64,000 bases of DNA from an uncultured Candidatus Saccharibacteria bacterium (GTDB lineage Bacteria; Patescibacteriota; Dojkabacteria; GCA-002793355). Shown here in pieces: positions 29,179 through 37,799 of this stretch (position 1 is the first letter of the stretch; each line of letters begins with the position of its first letter). Below the pieces are notes generated by a model. It was not told the origin of the DNA, ran no database searches, and saw only the letters and a list, made by a program, of their open reading frames with translations. The stretch lies in assembly GCA_964525295.1 (NCBI GenBank), contig CAZGEO010000002.1:129230-193229 (forward strand), in the 5' to 3' direction. The translations under genes were made by a program, and so were the position numbers.

Positions 29179-29855
29179 TGTCACTAACTGCCCTTACAAT
29201 TATAACTTTGGTATGGTTGGCTTCTGTCTCAATTCAGGGTGTGCCCTTATTGTTCGCCCCAATTGCACGAGTTAAACGGGCTCAAGTTATTGCTATAACG
29301 GTCTTAACGTTATTGGCAATTGTTACAGCGTGGATTGGTAGAGAATATCTCCATTCGGTTAGCGGGTACTCATTACTCGTTGCTTGTGTCGCAGGTAGTA
29401 TAGGTTATGTCATATTGAAAAGGTTGGATTACTATGTTGATGACCTGTTGCGTGAGCTTTTGTTGGTGGTATCAATTTCGTCGGCGATTTCAATTATGAC
29501 TTCAGTATGGTTCTGGGGAATTGAGCAAAATCCTTCGCTTATTGGTATTCGCATTGCAATTGCCTTAATACCTCTTCTTATTTTAACCATTGTCTGGCTA
29601 ACACAGAAAGAAAGTTCACTTTTTTGGATGGCAGGTATATATATCGCGATGTTAGTCATCAAAACAGTAATCTTGCCGTGGTGGTTAATTTGGACTCCGA
29701 TCCTATCATTGCTTTTCGCAGTTCTTGCGGGATACACGGTATATTGGCAAATTACAACAACAAAAGCAGAAAAACTCTTTGCCTGGAATATTGAACCTGC
29801 AAAAATATGGCTAATGTTAGCCGGACTAGCGGGCTTATTAGTGTTAGCCTTTTAA
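29175..29855 (+). CDS. polytopic integral membrane protein, unknown function
   Basis: 226 aa, ~7 hydrophobic helices, start overlaps preceding gene. Confidence 0.4.
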   Translation: MMSLTALTIITLVWLASVSIQGVPLLFAPIARVKRAQVIAITVLTLLAIVTAWIGREYLHSVSGYSLLVACVAGSIGYVILKRLDYYVDDLLRELLLVVSISSAISIMTSVWFWGIEQNPSLIGIRIAIALIPLLILTIVWLTQKESSLFWMAGIYIAMLVIKTVILPWWLIWTPILSLLFAVLAGYTVYWQITTTKAEKLFAWNIEPAKIWLMLAGLAGLLVLAF

Positions 29856-30313
29856 ATCTTTTTGAGAATTTTTACCGTTTGCTCACCTGCAGGTGTTGAA
29901 AAGGCGATTTCTGCACCAACTTCCTTGCCAACAATGGCTTTTCCGATTGGTGATTCTTCTGAGAAGTGACCTTGTAATGGATCTGCTTCTAGTGTTGGTA
30001 CGATTTTAATCTTTAGTTTGTTACCGTTTATAGCGACTTCGAGAACATCACCAAGTTTGATTTGTTTTGATTTTGCTGAATCTTCGGTAACTAAAGTAGC
30101 TTCTTTGAGTAATTGCTTCAATTCGGTTACTCGAAGGCGTGCAATTTCCATTTCTTCTTTTGCTGTTATCCATGCGTTGTTCTCGCTTAGATCACCGTCT
30201 TCTCGTGCCGTTGCCATTCTTTTTTTGATATCAGGCAAGGTTACTTTTTGAAGTGTTTTTAATTCATCTTCTAATTTTTTGAATCCGTCCTTGGTTAGAA
30301 ACACAGCAGCCAT
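29852..30313 (-). CDS. greA: transcription elongation factor GreA
   Basis: 153 aa; N-terminal coiled coil with DLSENNAW, C-terminal FKBP-like domain. Confidence 0.85.
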   Translation of the reverse strand: MAAVFLTKDGFKKLEDELKTLQKVTLPDIKKRMATAREDGDLSENNAWITAKEEMEIARLRVTELKQLLKEATLVTEDSAKSKQIKLGDVLEVAINGNKLKIKIVPTLEADPLQGHFSEESPIGKAIVGKEVGAEIAFSTPAGEQTVKILKKI

Positions 30314-30430
30314 ATTTTTTTTGTTGAATTTATTTGGGGGTTATTAAAAAGTGCGTAATCTGAATACAGTCAATAGTCTAGCACAGAATGCAATACTGTC
30401 AAGCGTTTTTGTATTAGGGTAAAATAACGT

Positions 30431-30907
30431 ATGGATAGATCTTTTGTAATAAGAAAGGAAATAAATGTACAGGCTACTTTCGATATTGGTGAATTCAAAA
30501 TTGCAGTTGGAGCTATTATTGTTAATTCGAATGGAGAAATTTTATTGACTCAGAGATCTTCCTCACGACAAAATAATGTAGGACAATGGGAATTTATTTA
30601 CGGTCGCGTACATGTTGGTGAGCATCCGATTGATACTGCTCATCGGGAAGCACGTGAGGAAGTTGGTTTGGAGGTGGAGCCTCTTCATATTGTTGGAATT
30701 AAACACTTCAAACGTACCAAAGAAGACACTGATTTCGTCGGATTAGTCATATTGATGCGTGCAATAACTGAGGATGTGATGGCTGACTCTGCTGAAATCT
30801 CTGACTATCAATGGATATCGCCAGAGAAAGCTCTTTCGTTTATTGCTGAATATGACAAAGAATTCCTTGTGAAAGCAATCGACATTATGAAGTCGGGCGT
30901 TGTCTAG
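30431..30907 (+). CDS. Nudix hydrolase
   Basis: Nudix box GRVHVGEHPIDTAHREAREEVGLEV. Confidence 0.7.
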   Translation: MDRSFVIRKEINVQATFDIGEFKIAVGAIIVNSNGEILLTQRSSSRQNNVGQWEFIYGRVHVGEHPIDTAHREAREEVGLEVEPLHIVGIKHFKRTKEDTDFVGLVILMRAITEDVMADSAEISDYQWISPEKALSFIAEYDKEFLVKAIDIMKSGVV

Positions 30908-30937
30908 GAAGGAAAAATCTATTATAATTCAGTTGTT

Positions 30938-31009
30938 GCCGCTATCGTCTATCGGCTAGGACACTAGGTTCTCATCCTAGGAGGCGGGGTTCGATTCCCC
31001 GTAGCGGCA
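30938..31009 (+). tRNA. tRNA-Glu (anticodon CUC), no encoded CCA
   Basis: Hand-folded: acceptor GCCGCTA/TAGCGGC, D stem GTCT/GGAC, anticodon stem CTAGG/CCTAG with loop TTCTCAT, T stem CGGGG/CCCCG with loop TTCGATT, discriminator A. Confidence 0.8.
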
Positions 31010-31134
31010 TGATTTTTTATTTCACAATGTAAATGAATTCTTTCCTTGTTTTTTGTGGAATACAAAAGCATTTGGGGAATCGAAACTTGAGGAGAACATA
31101 ACTGACGTTATGTTGGTCACAATTTTTTCGAGAT

Positions 31135-31848
31135 ATGTATTACAATACAGAAATGCTTACCATTGACCTGCAAAAAATTGTCGCGGATATTAACAATCGT
31201 CGTTCACGTGTGCGATACGAGTTTCAGGAAACTGGATTGATGTTGGCAGAAAAATTGAATGATCCGCGACATAAAGCAATATATATGAGAATTGCAAAGG
31301 TCGAAGAGCGAGAATTGGTGATGGATGCGTTAAATCATGTGCTCGCAATGCCGAATAGTTCAGGAAATTTAGGGGCACTTTTTATGTGGAAATTAAAAGA
31401 AATCAAGAACCGGCCTTTGGAAACGCTCTATTTACGGTTTGATATTCCTGAGGGATATTTTCGTATTGGTGTCATTAGTAATGCTGTGCGTGGTGATATG
31501 CCACTAATTTTGGCTGCTCTTGATTTATTTCAAGAAGAACATGCTGAGTTGCTTTCAGTTGAAGTAATTTGGGTATCTCGAACCGCAACCTATGCAACAG
31601 TCAGAGTTAATAGTCCGTTTACTGGGTTGTTAGATTATCTTACTGAAGTGAATAAGAAATACAAAAGGCAGATTCGCCTAACTCAATATACTACATGGCA
31701 ATTTTTTCCTAAGCGAACCGAAAATGAGCTGACAGAAATTCCAACAACTAGTAGTAAATTTACTGGAGAATTGAGAGTTTCTAATCCTGTGTCAGTAAAA
31801 AAAGTATTCGAAAAAAGAGGTTTCGGTCGTGGCTATAAGAAGTCTTGA
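31135..31848 (+). CDS. hypothetical protein
   Basis: 237 aa ORF with no recognisable motif, wedged between tRNA-Glu and infA. Confidence 0.35.
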   Translation: MYYNTEMLTIDLQKIVADINNRRSRVRYEFQETGLMLAEKLNDPRHKAIYMRIAKVEERELVMDALNHVLAMPNSSGNLGALFMWKLKEIKNRPLETLYLRFDIPEGYFRIGVISNAVRGDMPLILAALDLFQEEHAELLSVEVIWVSRTATYATVRVNSPFTGLLDYLTEVNKKYKRQIRLTQYTTWQFFPKRTENELTEIPTTSSKFTGELRVSNPVSVKKVFEKRGFGRGYKKS

Positions 31849-31907
31849 GAAGGGTAGTTCAAACGTAGTTGCTATATCTGCAATGCTCTGATATAATTAA
31901 GCGATTT

Positions 31908-32120
31908 ATGATATCACTCGACGGCAAAATACTCTCATCTCTCCCTGACGGGAAGTACAAAGTAGAAGTCGAATATAACGGAAAGAAGAAGCAATTCATC
32001 TGCTACGTTTCGGGTAAGATCAGAATGAACCATATTGTTATCGTTGATAATGATAAGGTCAAAATAGAGGTCTCGGAGTATGATCCAGACCAAGGTAAAA
32101 TAGTCTATCGATATCGATGA
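31908..32120 (+). CDS. infA: translation initiation factor IF-1
   Basis: 70 aa from ATG 31908 (track start 31869 is TTG); S1-like OB fold, C-terminal GKIVYRYR matches IF-1 GRIVFR. Confidence 0.8.
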   Translation: MISLDGKILSSLPDGKYKVEVEYNGKKKQFICYVSGKIRMNHIVIVDNDKVKIEVSEYDPDQGKIVYRYR

Positions 32121-32260
32121 AGGTTAAAGCAAGCGTAACCAAGCGATGTCCTAAATGCTACGTAGTTATCCGTACCAAGAAGGGCGCGCATAAACCTAAT
32201 AAAAAGGTTGTATATGTTTACTGTAGCGCCAATCCAAGGCACAAACAGAAACAGGGATAA
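32117..32260 (+). CDS. rpmJ: 50S ribosomal protein L36 (not in ORF track, 47 aa)
   Basis: Hand translation [47 protein letters not shown]; C-x2-C...C-x4-H zinc ribbon; ATGA overlap with infA stop. Confidence 0.85.
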   Translation: MKVKASVTKRCPKCYVVIRTKKGAHKPNKKVVYVYCSANPRHKQKQG

Positions 32261-32277
32261 CTTATATATAGCAGCAC

Positions 32278-32661
32278 ATGCCAAGAATACTAGGTATTCA
32301 AATCCCTGATCAAAAGAAAGTAACGATCTCACTTCGTTATCTTTTTGGGGTCGGTCCAGCCAGAGCCGCTGAAATCTGCACTGCATGTAAGCTTGATCCA
32401 GATAAGCGAGCGTCAGAATTAACTGATGCCGAAATCAAGCTCATTCAGAACTATATTGAGACACACTTCACCGTTGAAGGGTATCTTCGTCAAGAAATCC
32501 GAGAGCACATTCGTCGCTTAAAGGATATTCGTAACTATCGTGGCATTCGCCACATCATCAATATGCCTACTCGCGGTCAGCGAACACGACACAACGCTCA
32601 CACACGACGTGGTCGAAACATGGCAGTTGGTGGTCTTAATCCAAAGATTACTAAGACTTAA
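32278..32661 (+). CDS. rpsM: 30S ribosomal protein S13
   Basis: MPRILGIQIP N-terminus, 127 aa. Confidence 0.9.
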   Translation: MPRILGIQIPDQKKVTISLRYLFGVGPARAAEICTACKLDPDKRASELTDAEIKLIQNYIETHFTVEGYLRQEIREHIRRLKDIRNYRGIRHIINMPTRGQRTRHNAHTRRGRNMAVGGLNPKITKT

Positions 32662-32679
32662 TTTTAAGTAGCTCGAACT

Positions 32680-33099
32680 ATGGCAGAAGTAAAGAAAGCA
32701 CAGACAAAAGCGAAAGAAACAGTCAAGAAAGTGAAGAAGGCGAAGGTAAAAGTTACCTCTGGTGAAGCACATATTCTTGCTACGTTTAATAACACAATCG
32801 TCTCAATCACCGACGAGCAGGGTAATGCACTCGTGCAATACACTCCAGGTCGCGTTGGTTTTAAGAACTCAAAAAAGAAAACAGCCTATGCAGCAACTCG
32901 TGCAGCATCAGCCGCAGCAACAGAAGCGATTGATAAGTACGGTTTACGCGAGGTCAAGGTTTATGTCAAAGGCGCAGGCGTTGGTAGAAACGCTGCAGTC
33001 AAAGGCTTAGCCTCGGCTGGGTTAGTAGTTAATCTCCTTGCTGATGTGACACGCACACCACATAATGGTTGCCGTCCACCACGCAAACCAAGGAAGTAG
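32680..33099 (+). CDS. rpsK: 30S ribosomal protein S11
   Basis: 139 aa, Lys-rich N-terminus then the conserved S11 fold. Confidence 0.9.
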   Translation: MAEVKKAQTKAKETVKKVKKAKVKVTSGEAHILATFNNTIVSITDEQGNALVQYTPGRVGFKNSKKKTAYAATRAASAAATEAIDKYGLREVKVYVKGAGVGRNAAVKGLASAGLVVNLLADVTRTPHNGCRPPRKPRK

Positions 33100-33119
33100 T
33101 TATTTGAAAGCTTTGAAAT

Positions 33120-33728
33120 ATGATTGGACCAAAAGAAAGATTAAGCCGACGCGAAGGAGTTAACCTCTTCGTTAAAGGCGCACGAAGCTTCTCAGCAAAA
33201 GAAGCCTCTGCAAAGCGTCAGACACGCCCTGGGCAGCATGGTGCATCATCACCAAAACTCTCAGCGTATGCCCGACAGCTCCGTGAAAAACAGAAAGTTA
33301 AGCGCTTATACGGAATGAAAGAAAAGCAATTCCGACGATTCTATGCATTAGCAGTTAAGTCAGCTAAAAACCAGGATCAAGATAAGGGCTATGTCATGTT
33401 GCAATTGTTAGAACGTCGTTTAGATAACGTCGTCTACCTTGCTCAAATGGCACGTTCGAAGAACGCTGCACGTCAAGTCGTATCACACGGTCACGTGTAT
33501 GTAAACGGCAAGCGTGTAACAATTCCTTCATTTGTTGTTCGCGTTAATGACGTAGTAACAATGAAAGAAGACATGTTCAACAAGGTCAAGGTCGATTATA
33601 AAGGACCAATGACCCCAGCATGGTTGGAAACGAAAAAGAATGAGGTCAAAATAGTTGCTCTCCCAACAAGACAGCAAATTGACCCATCAATCAGAGAGAA
33701 TTTAATTGTCGAGTTGTACTCGAGATAA
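33120..33728 (+). CDS. rpsD: 30S ribosomal protein S4
   Basis: LSRREG...PGQHG N-terminus, S4 domain. Confidence 0.9.
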   Translation: MIGPKERLSRREGVNLFVKGARSFSAKEASAKRQTRPGQHGASSPKLSAYARQLREKQKVKRLYGMKEKQFRRFYALAVKSAKNQDQDKGYVMLQLLERRLDNVVYLAQMARSKNAARQVVSHGHVYVNGKRVTIPSFVVRVNDVVTMKEDMFNKVKVDYKGPMTPAWLETKKNEVKIVALPTRQQIDPSIRENLIVELYSR

Positions 33729-33745
33729 CTTTAATCAAATCAGTC

Positions 33746-34690
33746 ATGTTAGATTTCTCAGGAATTACATCGACAAAGACTGCAGAGAAGGTGCAGGGAG
33801 TCTCGGCAACATTCGAAATTGGACCTTTACCAAAGGGATATGGCAATACACTTGGCAACTCACTTCGCCGAGTTATGCTTTCATCTCTTGCAGGTGCAGC
33901 TATTACGAGTATTCGTATTAACAACTTAACCCATGAATTCACAACAATTCCAGGTGTTAAGCAAAACGTTCTCGATATTGTTCTTCGCTTGAAGAATGTT
34001 CGCGTACGCATTAACGATAATGAAACTTCATCAGTATTAACCCTAACCAAGAAAGGTAAGGGAGTAATCACTGCCGGAGATTTCTCATCATCAAAGGGTG
34101 TTGAAATCGTTAATAAAGATTATGTCATTGCAGAAATTACCGATGATTCTGCATCTCTTTCGATCGAAGCAATCGTAGAGGTTGGTGTCGGTTACCGCAG
34201 AGCAGATGAATCACTTCGCGATGAAATCGGAAGAATTCCAGTAGATACAGTCTTCAGCCCAGTAAAATTGGTTGATTTCACTGTATTGCCAGCTCGAAAA
34301 GGATCACGCGCAGACCTCGACAAGGTTGTAATGACCGTTACTACTGATGGTACTGTTACTCCAGAAGAATCACTTTCACAAGCAGGAGCAATCCTTCGTG
34401 ATTTCTTCTCAAACATTGCAATCGTTTTTGGTAGCAATGCAGCAGCAGTAGAAGCAGTTTCAACAGATTCGTCAGATTGGAAACTTTCTGAAGTAGGTGT
34501 AGATGAAAAAGTAGTCGCAATGTTAGCAGCAGCTAAAATTGAAACAATTTCAGAAGCGGCAGCAAAAGCGAAGACTTATTATTCAAAAGAGTTAGGAATG
34601 ACTGCAAAGCAAGTCAAAGCAATTGCAGATGTGTTAGCTCAGTATAACTTGACGTTTGCTAAGGATGCGAAAAAGAGTAAAAAGGCTTAA
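33746..34690 (+). CDS. rpoA: DNA-directed RNA polymerase alpha subunit
   Basis: 314 aa; GYGNTLGNSLRRVMLSSL, C-terminal alpha-CTD. Confidence 0.9.
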   Translation: MLDFSGITSTKTAEKVQGVSATFEIGPLPKGYGNTLGNSLRRVMLSSLAGAAITSIRINNLTHEFTTIPGVKQNVLDIVLRLKNVRVRINDNETSSVLTLTKKGKGVITAGDFSSSKGVEIVNKDYVIAEITDDSASLSIEAIVEVGVGYRRADESLRDEIGRIPVDTVFSPVKLVDFTVLPARKGSRADLDKVVMTVTTDGTVTPEESLSQAGAILRDFFSNIAIVFGSNAAAVEAVSTDSSDWKLSEVGVDEKVVAMLAAAKIETISEAAAKAKTYYSKELGMTAKQVKAIADVLAQYNLTFAKDAKKSKKA

Positions 34691-35039
34691 CCTTAACGCA
34701 AGTAATAAAGCACACGACAAGTTGATGGCGAAGAATCTCTTCACCTCCTTGTTGATGTACGGAAAGATTACTACAACAAAGCCACGTGCGAAAGCCGTAA
34801 AAGCATATGCATTGTCAAAGGTTAATGCATATAAAAAACTTACAACTTCATTAGAGCAGAAGCGATGGTTGAATGCGGAAGTATCAACTAAAACTTATGC
34901 AAAACGAGTTGCAAACAAAATTACAGGATTTGAGAACTTTGCAGTTTCTGTTGTCATGGCTCAACCAAGAAAGGGTGACAATGCACAGCGTTACGAAGTT
35001 AGCATCCTAAATTATGATGCCGAAAAGAAGAATGAATAA
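34665..35039 (+). CDS. rplQ: 50S ribosomal protein L17
   Basis: ATG at 34665 gives MRKRVKRLNLN..., matching L17 N-terminus; track start 34656 is TTG. Confidence 0.85.
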   Translation: MRKRVKRLNLNASNKAHDKLMAKNLFTSLLMYGKITTTKPRAKAVKAYALSKVNAYKKLTTSLEQKRWLNAEVSTKTYAKRVANKITGFENFAVSVVMAQPRKGDNAQRYEVSILNYDAEKKNE

Positions 35040-35463
35040 GACAACATGGACAAGTGCCAAAGACGTAAAGCGTAATTGGTACGAAATTGACGCAACCGGT
35101 ATTTCATTAGGAAGACTTGCAGTAAAAGTTGCAAAGCTTCTTATGGGAAAGACTTCAGCTGAATATGTACCAAATATTGATATGGGTAACTATGTCATTA
35201 TTACAAATGCAGCAGCAGTCAAATTGACCGGAACAAAAGTTAATTACTTGGACATTCGCCATTACACTGGCTATCCAAGTGGTTTACGAAAGCAAAAAGT
35301 TTCAACTTTAATGGAGAAAAATCCAGCAAAAGTTATTGAAACAGCAATTCGTGGTATGCTTCCAGATACAAAAATGAAAGACACATTCATGTCACGTTTG
35401 AATATCTACAAAGAAGCTACGCATAAACACGAAGCACAAAAGCCAACTAAGATTACCGTTTAA
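35032..35463 (+). CDS. rplM: 50S ribosomal protein L13
   Basis: NWYEIDA motif; ATG at 35032 overlaps rplQ stop. Confidence 0.85.
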   Translation: MNKTTWTSAKDVKRNWYEIDATGISLGRLAVKVAKLLMGKTSAEYVPNIDMGNYVIITNAAAVKLTGTKVNYLDIRHYTGYPSGLRKQKVSTLMEKNPAKVIETAIRGMLPDTKMKDTFMSRLNIYKEATHKHEAQKPTKITV

Positions 35464-35466
35464 AGC

Positions 35467-35871
35467 ATGGCAACAGTAAAGGTCAAATATTACGAAGGAA
35501 TCGGAAGAAGAAAAACCACTATTGCTCGCGTTCGCTTGACGGAAGATTCAGCAGCATCATTTGTTGTGAATGGTAAACCTATGGTTGAACTATTCCCAAA
35601 TGCTTTAGCACAAGAGAAAGTTATGAAACCATTGGTAGTTGCAGGCGTTAACGGAAAATTTAGCGTTTCAGTAAAGGTTACTGGTGGTGGCGTTACTGGC
35701 TGGGTTGATTCAATTTCACTCGGAATCGCTCGTGCACTTGTTGAATACGATGCCAAGATGAAATCAGGCCTTCGCACCGAAGGTTTGGTTACTCGTGACC
35801 CAAGAGCAGTCGAACGAAAGAAGGCTGGTTTGAAGAAGGCACGTAAGGCACCACGATTCTCAAAGCGTTAG
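35467..35871 (+). CDS. rpsI: 30S ribosomal protein S9
   Basis: GRRKTTIARV ... KAPRFSKR C-terminus. Confidence 0.9.
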   Translation: MATVKVKYYEGIGRRKTTIARVRLTEDSAASFVVNGKPMVELFPNALAQEKVMKPLVVAGVNGKFSVSVKVTGGGVTGWVDSISLGIARALVEYDAKMKSGLRTEGLVTRDPRAVERKKAGLKKARKAPRFSKR

Positions 35872-36071
35872 TCGCAGTTTATCCTGGCGAATTTCTTCGT
35901 TACTTGTGCGTTCCGCATTCACGGTATATATACATACCGTTTCACTGTGGTACTCCGCATGTTTCGAATTCACTCAGGCTAATTCAGCTCCTTTGATGAT
36001 TTGCTAAGTGTGGCTTGGAAAAGTATTTTCCAAGCTTTCACTCGCAAGCCGAAAATGCTATCGAACTTTGT

Positions 36072-36863
36072 TTAAGAAAAGAGGGGGGAGAAAAAATCTT
36101 CCCTCTCTTTTTTTTGAGCCATAGTCGTTTGCACAGTCAAATTAAGATGCTCACGATTGAGTGCCAGCCAATGAAAAAGCTTTTCATCTGGCAAGTTTTG
36201 TAAATCTGCCCAAATTAAAGGTATTTGTCGTAAAAATTCTGATTCAATTTTTTGAAGGAGCGATAAAGGAGTATTTTCCAGTTGCAAATATCCGTATGGA
36301 AATAAAAATCCCGGTAACAACAACTTATAGAGTATTGGCATTGCACGTTGTTTTAAGGTTGTTGCTAAAGTAAACTTTGGTGATTGAGTGCTTGTTAGCT
36401 TTTGTTTGGGAAATTCATATTTTTGTTGTCCAATTTGGTTGAGTGCAGTAAGTAAAGGAGAATTGTTATCAGAATTATGTAATTTGCCGTCGAAGAAATC
36501 GTTTATCGCTCTAAATATATGATCAGGTAAAAAGATTTTTTGTTCTAATGAAATTTTTCCAAGTGCAAACATTTCAGTCGAATTAGGAAGTAGTTTTAAT
36601 TCGCCTAAGACGGCGAGAAGAATGGGCCATTCATAATAATGATGAGAAATTGTGACTGGAATATCGATATCAATATAGATGCGTTGCAGGAATTTTTTGT
36701 ATCCAAGTCGTTGCAAAATTGCCCACAATCTTGGTGCAAAATCTTGATAGTTTTTACGTAATTGGCGAGAAAAACGCATTCGCCGTGGCCCTCGCAAGAT
36801 TGTTACAAAAATTGAGGTGAATTGGGGCAGCCTATATGGCTCGAGTAGTAATGTTGTGACCAT
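36072..36863 (-). CDS. hypothetical protein
   Basis: 263 aa ORF with no recognisable motif; divergent from next gene. Confidence 0.35.
   Translation of the reverse strand: MVTTLLLEPYRLPQFTSIFVTILRGPRRMRFSRQLRKNYQDFAPRLWAILQRLGYKKFLQRIYIDIDIPVTISHHYYEWPILLAVLGELKLLPNSTEMFALGKISLEQKIFLPDHIFRAINDFFDGKLHNSDNNSPLLTALNQIGQQKYEFPKQKLTSTQSPKFTLATTLKQRAMPILYKLLLPGFLFPYGYLQLENTPLSLLQKIESEFLRQIPLIWADLQNLPDEKLFHWLALNREHLNLTVQTTMAQKKEREDFFSPLFS
36080..36116 (+). terminator. rho-independent (possibly bidirectional) terminator downstream of rpsI
   Basis: AGAGGGGGGAG...CTTCCCTCTCT hairpin followed by T8 on + strand; A-run on the other side; overlaps the 3' end of the minus-strand ORF. Confidence 0.55.
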
Positions 36864-36945
36864 GTTTAAGTATAATCTGCCAATTATGATTGATAACTAT
36901 GCTAGAAAAATGATATAATATAGGACATAAATTGCTATAAGAAAA

Positions 36946-37440
36946 ATGAAAACTATTCCAGCCACAATTGATAGAGGTGGTTTATTCGTAGTTAACGTTC
37001 GAGATGAGCAACATGGTGTGACATCACTATTGTGTGTAGCTTCATCGCAAGGTGATTCCTATTCAATTATCGCAAGTAGGGATACGGATCCAGAAAAGAA
37101 ATCAGAACGAGTTCGATTTTATTCAGAAAAACAATACAAGGATTACTATTCTATAGACGCAGTTAAGTTTGAAAATACTTGTAACGAATTTGGTAACGTA
37201 AACACTGCTATTTTGAGTATATTAGATGTTAATCGCAAAGATGATTTGAAAAGTTGGATAGATCTGGGGAAGGATTCGATAGGTGCTACGCGAAAAGAGT
37301 ACTTAGTTTATGCAGTTTATGATCTATTTTTGTTAGCAGGCTTAAGTGAAGAATGGCGTGAAAAAATCGCAGAATTCGCATACGAAGTGTATCCAGATGA
37401 GAACGATTCGACTGACAGCAAAGAAAGAATGCGTGGTTAG
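36946..37440 (+). CDS. hypothetical protein
   Basis: 164 aa ORF, acidic C-terminus, no motif recognised. Confidence 0.35.
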   Translation: MKTIPATIDRGGLFVVNVRDEQHGVTSLLCVASSQGDSYSIIASRDTDPEKKSERVRFYSEKQYKDYYSIDAVKFENTCNEFGNVNTAILSILDVNRKDDLKSWIDLGKDSIGATRKEYLVYAVYDLFLLAGLSEEWREKIAEFAYEVYPDENDSTDSKERMRG

Positions 37441-37480
37441 CGAAAGTATCAAAATTGTTTTTGAAATGGTAAAATACACA

Positions 37481-37718
37481 GAAATAGGGTGCATGAGCAG
37501 GAGCTTTGGTCCTTTGGGCTAAAGAGGAAAGTCCCGCCTCACATAAGTCACTAGCGAAAGCTAGGTAGGAGAAATCTTACGGATAGGGTCACAGAAATAT
37601 ACCCAGAAATGGGGTGAAATGCCGAACTGGCTATAGATAACCCCTGGCAGTGAGCAAGTCTAAGACGCTAAGATAAATTCCTGCGTAACAGAAGCGGGCT
37701 TACGGTGCGCCCTATTTC
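37481..37718 (+). ncRNA. rnpB: RNase P RNA, reduced bacterial type (~238 nt)
   Basis: P4 5' strand GAGGAAAGTCCCGCCTC; GGGGTGAAATGCC; 3' element TAACAGAAGCGGGCTTACGGT; 12-bp P1 pairing between GAAATAGGGTGC (37481-) and GCGCCCTATTTC (-37718). Confidence 0.75.
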
Positions 37719-37799
37719 AATTTGTAATTCATAATTGTCAATTTTCAGTAGATTTTGTGTGGAATTGATAATTGAAGATTAGTAATTAACAATTAAGTC

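Noticed and set aside
35880-36000. Hairpins (GGTAT-ATATAC-ATACC and others) in the 200-nt stretch after rpsI as a possible sRNA or riboswitch
   Set aside because: I recognised no conserved riboswitch or leader motif, and the hairpins are short and AT-rich. It is left unannotated.
36015-36203. 62-aa plus-strand ORF overlapping the rpsI terminator and the 3' end of the minus-strand gene
   Set aside because: It spans a G/C hairpin plus T-run and has no RBS or conservation features. It is most likely non-coding.
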